Shown: piece by piece, positions 24,345 through 35,920 of the stretch
Layout of the letters: the number at the start of each line of letters is the position of its first letter
How positions within the stretch are numbered: position 1 is the first letter of the stretch
Assembly: GCF_006345805.1 (NCBI RefSeq)
Contig: NW_021834902.1
Coordinates: 1 to 44,253 of the forward strand
From: Octopus sinensis
Taxonomy: Eukaryota
Direction of reading: 5' to 3'
DNA: 44,253 nucleotides
Notes under the pieces: generated by a model
What the model saw: the letters and a program-made list of their open reading frames with translations, nothing else
Databases searched by the model: none
Told to the model about the DNA's origin: nothing
Translations under genes and position numbers: made by a program

Positions 24345-24790
24345 TTTGTGCGCATGTGTGTGGGTCAGTGTGTGTGTGTGTGTGTGCCTATGCATGCATG
24401 CAATATACGTATGTATGTATGTGTGTATGTTTGCATGTGTATGTGTGTATATATATGTGTGTGTATGCATATGTATATATGTATGTATGTGTGTGCATCT
24501 GTATGTATGTAACCTGCATATTTATGTGCTTGCATGTCTGTGTTTGTGTATTTTCTATGTATGTGTGTGAGCGTGTGTTTGTATATGTGTGCACCTCTGT
24601 CTCCTCTTGTGTGCATGTCTGTGTGTGTTATGCAACTATGTACCATGTTTGTATGTATGGATGTGCACATTTATATGTGTCTTTGTGTGGAGTAAAGTGT
24701 GTGTATATATATGGTCGTGTTTCAGTTTCCATTTGCGTATGTGTGCTTGTCTGTTCTTGTAACCTATGTACCTATCTGTCTGTATGTTGA
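24345..24790. repeat. Degenerate (TG/TA) microsatellite
   Basis: Low-complexity gtgtgtatgtat sequence. Confidence 0.85.
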
Positions 24791-24869
24791 TCAGTTTATT
24801 TTCATATCTATATGCTTATATGCAAAAAATAAAAAAGTACAAAACTTCATACACCGTATGCAGTTCTCT

Positions 24870-25560
24870 GGATATGATCAGAAAGATAGGGTTCGAGTAT
24901 ACAGGGGGGGGGGCTAGAAAGAAATTAGATAACATACGTAATGATACCAGTGGTACCTGCCCTAGATATAGAAACAAAGAATGGAATAGAATACAAAGAA
25001 CTTGCGACAAAGCAAACAGGGCGAACACGTGGTATAAAACTGAAAAATATCAAGGAGTGATGTTTGTAGAGGTCACAGCCCATGGAGAACTAGCCTGTAG
25101 ATTTAGAAAAACTCTGAAGGAGACCAAGCTCAACATTAAAATTGTTGAAAAGCCAGGAAACTCCGTCAGATCACGACTATGTAGGACTTACCCTTTAAGA
25201 ATACCAAATGCACCAATGATAACTGCATGGTATGTAGGATTAGCCCTGGCATTAACTGTAGAACTCGAAATGTAAATTACAGCATAAGATGCATAGAAGG
25301 TGCTTGTAAAGACATGAACATGATGTACATAGGGGAGACCTCTAGGAGCATTGTGGAATGAATAAATCAATATCTAAGACAATATGACGATAGAAAACAG
25401 TCCTCCATACTCTACCAAAATGCCAAAGACCACCATGGAGGTAACTTGGGTCAACTTGTCATCCGCATTTTATCCAAGCACCCAAAAGACCCAACACTCA
25501 GACAAATACGGGAGTACGTCCTTATAAATGAAACCTCCCCAATACTAAATAGGAAATATA
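24870..25560 (+). mobile_element. Penelope-like element fragment (linker + GIY-YIG endonuclease), second family
   Basis: VMFVEVT.HGELA, IKIVEKPGNS, CxxxxCxxC, CRTRNVNYSIRC, YIGETSRS, DPTLRQIRE; stops and frameshifts. Confidence 0.82.
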
Positions 25561-25661
25561 CATAGATATAATACCTCCACACCCACATTTCACACAGGTA
25601 GAGTAGTTAGGTAGATAGATGTGTGTGAGTGGGTACGAGTGTGTGAGACACACAAACACAT

Positions 25662-25699
<38 letters not shown>

Positions 25700-25706
<7 letters not shown>

Positions 25707-26590
25707 TACGACGGGCTTCTTTCAGTTTCCGTCTACCAAATCCACTCACAAGGCTTTGGTCGGCTCGAACCCGGAACCATGTGGTTGGTGAGTAAGCTAC
25801 TTACCACACAGTCACTCCTACGCATATATTTTTTTTTCTTTATAGAATGCATGACTATCACAACATCTTCCATTAATTTTAATTTATAAATCTCTAACTT
25901 CATTGTTATTATTATTATTATTATTAAGGCAGTGAACTCGCAGAATTGTTTGTATGCTGGGCGAAATTCTTGGTGTTTTGTCTGTCTTTATGCTCTGAGT
26001 TCAAATTCTGCCGAGGTCAACTTTGCCCCTCCCTCCAAATTACTGCCCTTGTGGCAAAACTATTCTTTTCTACTCTAGGCACAAGGCCTGAAAGTTTTGG
26101 GTAGTGGGGGCAGTCAATTGGATTGTCTCCAGTAAGCAACTGGTACTTAATTTATCGACCCTGAAAGGCATTATTATTATTATTACAAAGGCAGTGACCC
26201 AGTTGAATCATTACAATGCTGGCCAAAATGCTAGTGGCATTTCATTCATCTTTACATTCTGCATTCAAATTCTGCTGAGGTGGATTTTGCCTTTCGTCCT
26301 TTCAGTGAAGATAAAATAAGTTCTGAGTACTGGGACCGTTGTCCCCCAACTTGCTGGACTTTTGACACAATTTGAAACCATTATTATTATTATGGTTTGC
26401 CAGAGTCATTAGGGCATCAGACAAAATAACCTGTGATATTTGGATGTTTGTATTCTGGGTTCAAGCCAGGTTAAGATTGACTTTGCCTTTGATCCTTTCA
26501 AGGATATACAGTACCATTCATGTACTGGGGCCAATATAATCAACTGACCCCCACCCTTTGTAGAATGCTGGCTTTGTGCCTCAATAGAAG
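25700..26590. mobile_element. SINE cluster (deleted SINE A 25700-25822 -; several SINE B copies separated by (ATT)n)
   Basis: Family motifs ttctgagttcaaattctgccgagg and ttttgcctttc..cctttc. Confidence 0.7.
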
Positions 26591-26742
26591 TTTAACACTG
26601 CTATTTTAAACTACTGCTGCTGCTACTACTACGAAATAACAACAACAAACCAACTCAGGGACCCTCTTATATACTTGTTTGACATGTTAGAAACAGCCGC
26701 CAAATCTCTCCGAAATTGTACCCTCCATAATGTATCTATCTA

Positions 26743-26798
<56 letters not shown>

Positions 26799-26900
26799 AT
26801 ATAAATATTTAGAACAGTTTGATTTAGTTTCCATGCTACTTCAAGTTTCAAATGTAACTCCTGCTAGATGTGTTGACTGCCCTTTTCTTTCATTTGTCCA

Positions 26901-26936
<36 letters not shown>

Positions 26937-27127
26937 AAATTTTCAGGGTGAAAGTGAATCAGGTACTTAAATAGTAAAGCACTAAGGTCAGGTTGGTGAT
27001 ATCTTACTAAAGTAAACACAGATTTGTATTCCAGTTTTGTGTACAATTACAAATGGCCGACTGAATATACATCATCTGTTCATCAATAAAGAACACAGCT
27101 GTAGTGAACTACAATACATCTGTTTAA

Positions 27128-27340
27128 ATTTATAGTTTAAATTTACAGAAAACAAAAGATGATGACAGGTGTAGGAACAACAAACAGGTGTATTAGTTTA
27201 ACATTTGGGAAAAATGAAAAAGTCTTTTATGTTTTGAGCCTAAGCTCTTCAGTAGGCTTGGAATGTAAAAGACTTTTCCATTTTTCCTGGGCGTTAAACT
27301 AATACACCTGCTTGTTGTTCGTCTTTTGTTTTCTGTAAAC
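27128..27340. repeat. Fold-back of two Penelope-type terminal repeats
   Basis: tttacagaaaacaaaaga..caggtgtattagtttaac..agtctttta pairs with taaaagact..gttaaactaatacacctg..tcttttgttttctgtaaa; centre near 27245. Confidence 0.75.
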
Positions 27341-27344
27341 TTAA

Positions 27345-27988
27345 CCCTTTCATTACCATGTTTATTTTGAGATGCTCTATGTTTCTTTCAATTAATTTTA
27401 AATATAACAAAGAATTTAGTAAAATAACTTAGTTATCATTCAACTAGTGTTAGGAACATAAATTGTGACTGGTGGAAGATTTTAATTCAAAATTTATGAA
27501 AACCTTACATCACTGTATCACTCTTTCTCTCTTACCACCACCTTGTTTCAAACACAAAATCTCGATTTACAAAACTCTAAACTTTCACATAATGTTTACA
27601 TCTTGTAATACCATAATAATATACTTACATAAACACAGGTGTGTGTATATGTGTGCATTGCCCCTTTCAGTCAGTCCACTATCCTGGATAATATTTAACA
27701 TATTACATTATTGTTATCTACTACTGACCCATTTATGCTTTGATCTTTCTGCTGATTGGTGCATTCAAATACCTAATGTATATGTTTGTTTATGTATATA
27801 TGTCTTGATATGTGTGTCTATGTATTTGTATAGATAATTGAGCATGTATGTATGTACATACTAACACACAAATATATATATATCCCGTCCAACCCATGCT
27901 AGCATGGAAAAAAATGGATGTTAAACGATGATGATGATGAAGACATTTGTACTCAGAGCCAGTTTCAGCCGAGTTTGTAACAAAAGGG
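27345..27988. mobile_element. piggyBac-type MITE carrying an insertion
   Basis: TTAA|CCCTTTCATTAC ... GTAACAAAAGGG|TTAA. Confidence 0.8.
27504..27940 (+). repeat. Derived copy of the 22335-22844 segment
   Basis: Direct repeat ending in gttaaac(gat)n, lying inside the MITE. Confidence 0.92.
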
Positions 27989-28194
27989 TTAAACTGTATA
28001 TTATATGCTCATGTGGTTACCCCAGTTTGATCCTGCCTGACTGAACTTCCTACTCTCTTGGGCTTGCATCTTAACTGCTTCCCGAACTTTCAGTACCTCT
28101 TCTCATTCACATAACGAGCACTCTATCTGGACTACCACTGGATCTTTGTACTCTTTTGGACCCTACCTCCACAGATCTCACAGACTATTTTCAT

Positions 28195-28988
28195 GTATAT
28201 CAGTATGTCAGTTGATACCATCTCTGGCAAGGGCTTTGAAATAAAACCAAGAAGAAGTTCCAGACACCCAGCTGAATACTTGACAGACACTGACTTTGCT
28301 GACGACATTGCTCTTATCAGTGATTCTCTCTCCAATGCCCAGTCTCTTTTACAATCTCTCGAACAAGCCTCAAATTGTGTAGGTCTTTACCTCAATGAGG
28401 CCAAGACTGAATCAAGTGCCTATTCTCAACAATGCACCCTTAAATATGGTTTCTGATTACAAATATCTTGGGTCATACATATCATCTGGAAAAGATTTTC
28501 TAACTAGAAAGGGTATGGCCTGGTCAGCCTGTAATGACATGCATAAGATCTGGTCATCAAATCTAAGTAGAGACTTCAAACTTGAAATCTTCAAAGCCAC
28601 AGTCGAACCAATTCTACTATATGGCTCAGAAACCTGGACGTTTTTAAAGAAGCTTGAGAGGTGGTTGGATGGAACCTACACTCGCCTCCTTATGAGAGCT
28701 CAAAATCTCTCGTGGAAGCGCCATCCAACCAAAATGCAAATATATGGGAAACTACCACCTGTGTCATCTCTTGTGAAAGGTAGGAGAGTCCAGTTTGCTG
28801 GACATTGTTGTAGAGCTGAAAACGAGGTAATTTCTACTCTTCTCCTCTGGAAGAGGGCGCACTACCAGAGGGCTCACACTCTCCTACCCTGATGTAATCT
28901 CCAGGGATACAGGCATCCAGCAACAGGAAGTCTGGCGTAGCATGGTAAATTCCATTGTCTCGACCACAGTCGAACAATGATGATGATG
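28195..28988 (+). mobile_element. 5'-truncated RTE-clade LINE, second family
   Basis: LTDTDFADDIAL, GLYLNEAKTE, DYKYLGS, LLYGSETW, FAGHCCR; (GAT)n tail at ~28978-28988. Confidence 0.85.
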
Positions 28989-29018
28989 TATGTATCTATA
29001 CACAAATATGTATGTATG

Positions 29019-29192
29019 TAGAGCAGGCCAGCTGGAGAGCTGCCAAAAGGAGAGCAGGCCAACTGGAGAGCAAGCCAAAAGGAGAGCAAGCCAACCGGAG
29101 AGCAAGCCAAAAGGAGAGCAAGCTAAATGGAAAGCTAGCCAGATGGAGAGCAAGCCAGATGGAGAGCAAGCCAAAAGGAGGGCAAGCCAAAT
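29019..29192. repeat. 16-bp minisatellite, ~11 copies
   Basis: Unit GAGAGCAAGCCAAAAG and variants. Confidence 0.9.
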
Positions 29193-29672
29193 TATAGTAT
29201 AATTAAATAATGGTAATCCTTTGGTTTGAAATTTGTAGGGAAGGGATAAGTCGCTTACACTGACCCGAGTGTTTAACTTGTACTTATTTTTTCAAGCTAT
29301 TCTTTCCCATCCCTCACACCCTCATTACAAATATAACAGTCTTCTATACAAAACCATCGCCCTTTCCCCTCCATTGTCCCTTCACACTTTTACTAAAAAG
29401 CATTTTGGTGATATTTCTATTTTTATTTATTTTTGCTTTTTTTGTAAATTTTAATTTTAATTTTTATTTCCAAATAAATTTAATAAAAAAACTACTCTTA
29501 ATGATGTGTTGTTTGTTTTTAATTATTTTTCTTAATTAACCAAGTGCAGGCATGTCTTTGTAGTTAAGAAGCTCACATATGGTTTTGGGTTCAGTCCCAC
29601 CTGGGCAAGTGTTTTCTACTATAATCCTGGGCCAACCAATGCCTTGTGAGTGGGTCTGGTAGATAGAAACTG

Positions 29673-32600
29673 TGTGGAAAAGGATTCTCTCCAACTTGTT
29701 CAGCCATAAATCGTGGCAAGGCACCACAGTCAGATGGTAGGTGATAACTGATGCTATAAACATCTGCACCACCACCGCCTTTCCTAGAAAGGATAACGCC
29801 CGCCCAGACCAGGTCTGGGTTAGAGCAGTCACCTTTGCTGGCCACCTCACTCCAATTTGTCTCTATCCGGAGGTCTGGCCCGAACCAGACTCCGAGCAGC
29901 TTAACAGGACCTTCTGTCCAATGGCTCATGACGTTATTGGACGGCATCGGCTTGCCCCTCCAGGGGCCAAGCTGCAAACCAATTGACTTGTCCTTGTTAA
30001 CCTTTGCTCCTGCCACCGCCTCGTAACTTTTGATAGCCTCTTCTACCACTGGAAGCTGGCCCTCATCTGCCATGATGATGGAGATGTCATCTGCATACGT
30101 CGTAGCTCCTCTTCCACACCATAGATCATGCGGTGCTCCCCTAGAGCCTCCAACTTCCGCAATAATGGCTCGAGAGCCAGTACATACAAAAGCGGGGACA
30201 GGGGACACCCCTGATGCACAGAGTGCTCGATCCTGAATGGCTTCGAAAGGAAACCGTTCACTTTTACGACGGACTTGATGTCGCTGTACAACGCAGCAAT
30301 CCAATCGTGTATATTTCATTATACAGTTTTTCTGATATCCAGGCACATCTCTCTTCGGGCTGCTGCAACAGCTCCACGGTGTGGCGCTTTTTTTAAAAAA
30401 TATTTCCATAAAGTATCAAACTTTACCAGGGTTTTTGTTCTGTCTTTGTTCTTTTTTATTTTCTCCTCTGGGACAGTGGAGCAGGATCTTTTTTTCTGTG
30501 GTGTGTTGTTTTTCTTCTTTTTTCTTTGTGGGGGATATGGATGGGGAAGGTGCATGTGTTCTCTTTTTTCTGGGTGTCTTGAACTCCCCCTCGGTCACCT
30601 CCATGCTGTCTTCCAGAGGAGTTGTTACTTCAGAGGGGGTGGGTGCATTTGTTTCTGTTGGGACCAGTGTGTGCATGGCCTGGGGTTTTTGGGTGTTTTT
30701 TTTGGGAGCAGGTGCCACAGATGGTGGGGTGGGAGTATTTGTTTCTGTGGGGGCTAATTTGTGTGCGGGTTTTTCTGTAGTTGAAGGGCCTGATGTCTGC
30801 GCATTTCTTTTCTTTTTGTTTTATATTTCACAGTCTACACGAATGTGGCCTTTTTTCCACATTCGAAACACGTGGGCTTTTTGCCCTCTACTTGAATCTA
30901 CTCTTTCTCTTGATGTTTTGTTGCGTTCCTTGAATAATCACAGAGATGCTCTGCCCTTGCCAATTTTGTGGGGCAGTGCATGTAATTTGGAGGAAGGTGA
31001 TTTTGTCCGTCCTGTTATACAACTCCCTTGCCTCAATTTCAGGTGGTATGTCGTTTATTCGGATGCGTGCTGTTCTCCTTCCCATGTATGTTGGGAGCAG
31101 CACCACCTCCTTCGTTTTCAGAGGACTCACTGAGTGCTCTTGGGCTTTTTCAGCCGTCTTGAATCTGGCCTCTATTGTTCCACATGCCCAGCCCCTCGAT
31201 ATGTATTTTATATCTTTCCATATAGGGGCCAGGCACTTTTCTATTTGGCACTTTTTGAAGTGCTTGAATTTCTTCGATGAAGGACAGTACATTTTGTAAA
31301 CAACTGTCCTTCTCTTCAGATTTCATTTCTTTATTACCCATAAAGGGCTACACAGAGGGGACAATACAAACATTGGGGACATAAAACATCACAATTACAC
31401 AAATATAAATAAATGAATTTTGAAAATGAAAAATGAAAAAATGAAAGTGATGTATCACTTACCTGTCCTTAATCCTGAATGATATACACATTGTCCTCTA
31501 GTTTAGTCGCAAATGTCTTTTCCAATTCAGTTATTTTCTCGTTTGCCATTTTATGTCTATTCATTTTATAGTTTTTATTTGTACATTTTTCCACAAATTC
31601 TTTTATATGGTCTTCCGGGATTACAGTGAACTTAAACCCCTCCTTGTCCCAACAGTCATAGTCTTTCAATATTTCCTTTACTTCTTCTTTGTTCGAAATA
31701 CCCAGAAAATTGGGCCTAGGATTTAAAAAATTATCTTGTGTGTTTGCTTCTTTTTTTGTTTTCTTGTTGGTGGAGAACGGGTGGGTTCACTGTCTGCAGG
31801 GGATGGATGGGCCTCAGAGGGTGCGGGTGGTGTTGGGGTGGATTGGGGTTCAGCACTATTTATTTTTTTGCTTCTTCTCTTCCTCCTACTGCCTTCTTCC
31901 CATTCTTTTTGTACCTTCTCTTCCGTTGATTTCTGCTCTTCCTCATTGGCCACTACCTCTCTTTGAGGTTCCGCATCAATTTCCTTTGATGGGGGAGGGA
32001 AGTTAGCTCTTATGTGACCTTTCAGGCCACACTTGTAGCAGCATGGAGCTCTGCCCTCCACCCACACTCTCATAATAACACTTCCCATTCTGATATTCTC
32101 AGTCAATTGTTCCAATATTGTCTCAACACAGACAGACAAAAAAAAACCAAAAACCGTTTAACAATAACAATAACTTTTACAAAATCAACAATTAAAAAAG
32201 CTACTCACAGGAGCACAGTAAAAACGCGACTCAACTTCTCTTCCGATTTTCAACACTAGGGGAGGGTGAGATCTTTATATCCCCACCCTCCTCTTTCATT
32301 CTCTCAAAAAGCTCGGAGAGCTTCTCTGTGTCAATTATAATATTTTTTGAAGACACAGTGGCTACTGCTGTGAACTTTTTTGCTGGCTCATGCAGCTGGT
32401 TATTTTCTTGGATTATTTCGACTGACATATTCATTCGAAATAAATGAAACACAATTTAATCCCAGAAAAAGGGAAACCTATAATTTTTTACTTTTTTTTT
32501 ACCCTCTTAACGAGGACAACAGTTCAAAAACTACCCCTGGCGAGACGTAGCAACAAAGCCTACAACGTCCGAAATTCATTTTTTTTTCACACAATAAAAA

Positions 32601-32953
32601 AATATAAAATCCTAAAAAACGGGAAACCTATAAATTTTTTTCCCTCTTAATGAGGATAACAGTTCAAATGCCACCCCGCCTGGGGTGGGGGTGGGGGGCA
32701 TGACAATAAAGCCTACAACCGCTCTAATAAGTTCATTATTAATAATATCTATAAGTTCAATATTGATAATTTCAATATTTCAACAATTACTTTCTCCCGT
32801 CACTGGGAAAAAGCACAAACATTTTCAAAGTTCAACAATGTTTAACATTTCGAAAATATTCAACAATAGACAACAATTCCAATAGAAAAAATTATCCACG
32901 TGCAACAAAACGTTTGAATCACCACCAAAAAACAAAACACGTCTTTCCACGAC
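29673..32953 (-). mobile_element. Second decayed L1/Tx1-like LINE (5'UTR, interrupted ORF1, RT core; EN deleted, 3' end replaced by SINE A ~29540-29672)
   Basis: ORF1 homologous to the 3130 ORF (KEVVLLPTYMGRRTA); frameshifted knuckle CFECG..GHIRVDC ~30830-30880; RT SVHQGCPLSPLLY, YADD, VKLLGVWF. Confidence 0.88.
31324..32234 (-). mobile_element. ORF1-only non-autonomous retroelement nested in the LINE ORF1
   Basis: Flanked by a 15-bp duplication cttctcttc(a/c)gattt (31309-31323, 32235-32249); knuckle CYKCGLKGHIRAN; 3' tail tgtcccctctgtgtagccctttatgggtaataaagaaatg; no EN/RT. Confidence 0.78.
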
Positions 32954-32961
32954 ATGGCCAC

Positions 32962-35920
32962 TCATCATCATCATCACCATCATCATCATCATCGTCGTTT
33001 AACGTCCGTTTTCTGCATGAGCACGGGTTGGATGGTTTGACCGGGGTCTGGGAAGCCAGGGGCTGCACCAGGCTCCAGTCTGATCTGGCAGTGTTTCTAC
33101 AGCTGGATGCCCTTCCTAACGCCAACCACTCTGCGAGTGTAGTGGGTGCTTTTTACGTGCCACTGGCACAGGCGCCAGGGTGGTCTGGCATCGGCCATGA
33201 TCGGTTGGTGCTTTTAACGTGCCACCGGCACAGAAGCCAGCCAAGGTGGTGCTGGCAACGGCCATGTTTGGATGGTGCTTTTTATGTGCCAGCGGCACAG
33301 GTATCACAACTACTATTTCCATTGATATTTATTTTGATGTTCATGTACTTGACTCAACAGGTCTCCTCAAGCACAGCGGGATGTTCTGGAATCCAAGGTA
33401 CTTTGAATGGGCAGGGGCTATGCGGAACTGGTGCAGGAAGCAGCCCGGGTCTTTGCAGTCACAGCATATCTCTAGAGATCTCGGTCCTTCGCCATTGCCT
33501 CAGTGAGGCCCAATGCTCTGAGGTCATGCTTGACTACCTCATCCCATGTCTTCCTGGGTCTACCTCTCCCCCTGATTCCTTCAACTGTTTGGGAGCGGCA
33601 CTTCTTCACACATCTCTCTTCATCCATCCACAGTACATGACCATACCATCGCAAGCACCGTTCTTGCACCCCACATCTGATGCTTCTTATGTCCAGCATT
33701 TCTCTCAGGGTGCTTACACTCTGTCGTGCGTGCACACTGACATTACACATCCAACGGATCATGTTAGCTTCATTTCTTTCAAGTCTACGCATGTCCTCTG
33801 TGGTCACGGCCCATGTTTCACTACCGTGAAGCATGGCTGTTCACACACATGCATCATACAATCTACCTTTCACTCTGAGTGAGAGACCCTTTGTCGCCAG
33901 TAGGGGTAGGAGCTTTCTAAACTTTGCCCAGGCTATTCGTATTCTAGTGGTGACACTCTCTAAGCATCCACCTCCACTAGTTCCGGTAGTGATTCTGCTA
34001 TGAGGGCCAGATCATCAGCATAGAGGAGCTCCCAGGGGCAACCTGTTTTGAATTCCTCTGTTATTGCCTGGAGGACTATGATGAATAAAAGGGGACTAAG
34101 GGCTAACCCTTGGTGTACACCGACTTCTACCCGGAATTCTTCACTATATTCGTTGCCAATCCTAACCTTGCTGACAGCCTCTCTGTATAGGGCCTGTACA
34201 GCCCTTATTAGCCATTCTTCAATCTCCAATTTCCGCATCGACCACTAGATAAGGGATCGGGGGACCCTGTCAAAGGCTTTCTCCAAGTCCAAAAAAGCTA
34301 TGTAGAGGGGTTTGTCTTTAGCTAGGTACTTCTCCTGCAGTTGTCGGACCAGGAATATAGCATCAGTGGTGCTTCTACCCGGCACAAAACCGAACTGCAT
34401 CTCATCTAAGCAAATTCTCTCCCTAATGAGATGGGTTATGACCCTCTCTGTGACCTTCATCACCTGATCCAACAGTTTAATACCCCTGTAGTTATTTCTA
34501 CCCATGTAGCAGTTGACTATGGTGCTGCTACGCCAGTCATTGGGTATGACTCCATTATGAACTACCTGGTTTACAATGCGGGTGACTAGGCCATAGCCCA
34601 CATAACCAGCTGTTTTAAGCATCTCAGCAGTGATTCCTGATGGGCCGGGGGCTTTACCTGGTTTCATACCCTTAATTGCCTTAACTACTGTCTATTCAGA
34701 TAGCTGGTCCCTCTACAGGGTCAACATTTGGCAGGCTCTCCTCTTCCCATTCAATCTCCACGTTCAGAAGTCTTTCATAATGGCTTCTCCAAGCCTCTTT
34801 CTTTTCACCAACATTAAAAGCAAGTGCCCCATCATCCATGCGGACACATTTCTCTCCTGTAACATCACTATTTTCTCTCGCACACTGTCTAGCAATCCGA
34901 AATACCTCAGTCGCTGGACATACCTCACGTCGCTGGACATTGGTAAACTTCTTCTTTTCTGCTACATCTTTGGCTATGTATACCTGCCGCCCAGCCTCCC
35001 TTTTGGCTACTTGGTACAGTTCCCTGCTACCCCCATCCCTCCAGGCTTTCCAGGCCTGTTTCTTTGCACAAATGGCTTTGTCTACTGCACTATTCCACCA
35101 CCACGTAACTCTAGGTCTGGAAGGGACTTTGCACCATCCACAGACTTGGTCTATGGCACTCAGCAAACTGTCCCGTAGGAATTTCCAGCTACCTTCTATG
35201 TCTGACGTCTGTAGCTTGTCCTCCCTCTCATCAAATTTCTTGATGAGGATGTCCCTAAATCTCTGACCATGTGAAGGGTTCTTTAGCTTCCAAATCCTTC
35301 TTTTCTGGATTGGTCTGTTTCTTGGAGTCCTTCTGGGTCAAGCCTAAAGCCACTAATGATTAGCCTATGCTGATGGATACATTCTTCACTCGGGAGGGAC
35401 TTTGTATTTATGAGCGACCCTGCATCTCGCTGTCTGGTGAGGATGAAGTCTATTTGGCTAGCGGAGTCTCCTGACTGATAGGTTATAAGGTGGCAGTCAG
35501 GCTTCCTGAAGTTAGTGTTGCAGATTAAGAGGTTACATGCATCACAGAATTCCAGTAGTCTAGTTCCCTCATCATTTCTGGTGCCAATACTATGGCCACC
35601 ATGTAACCCAGTGAAGATACCCGATTCCCGCCCAACATGCCCATTAAAGTCTCCACCCACAAAGATGAGGTCCTTGCCACTAGTCTTTGAGGTAGCCTGT
35701 AGAAGGGTATCATAAAAGTGGTCCTTCTGGTTATTTGGTAGCCCCGCATGTGGGGCATAGGCGGAGATAATCGTAGCTGTGCCACTCTGTAGGACTAACC
35801 TGAGCTTAAGCACTCTACCGCAAACCCTGGCAACCTCTATGACCTTATCCACCCATTTCTCCACAAGGAGAATGCCTACACCCCCTACACCATCCATGTT
35901 ACCTTGCCAGAAGACTTTAT
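32962..35920 (-). mobile_element. RTE-clade LINE (EN, RT, 3'UTR, (GAT)n tail), degenerate
   Basis: GVGGVGIL, ISAYAP, GDFNGHVG, SQIDFIL; KAPGPSG, YRGIKLL, QFGFVPGRSTTDA, DLEKAFD, GVHQG, LLYADD; LHGSETW, WYGHV; deletion near 33970. Confidence 0.93.

Noticed and set aside
32914-33882. 322-aa plus-strand ORF (also 30381-31133 and 34630-35266)
   Set aside because: Antisense shadows of LINE sequence with no recognisable domains.
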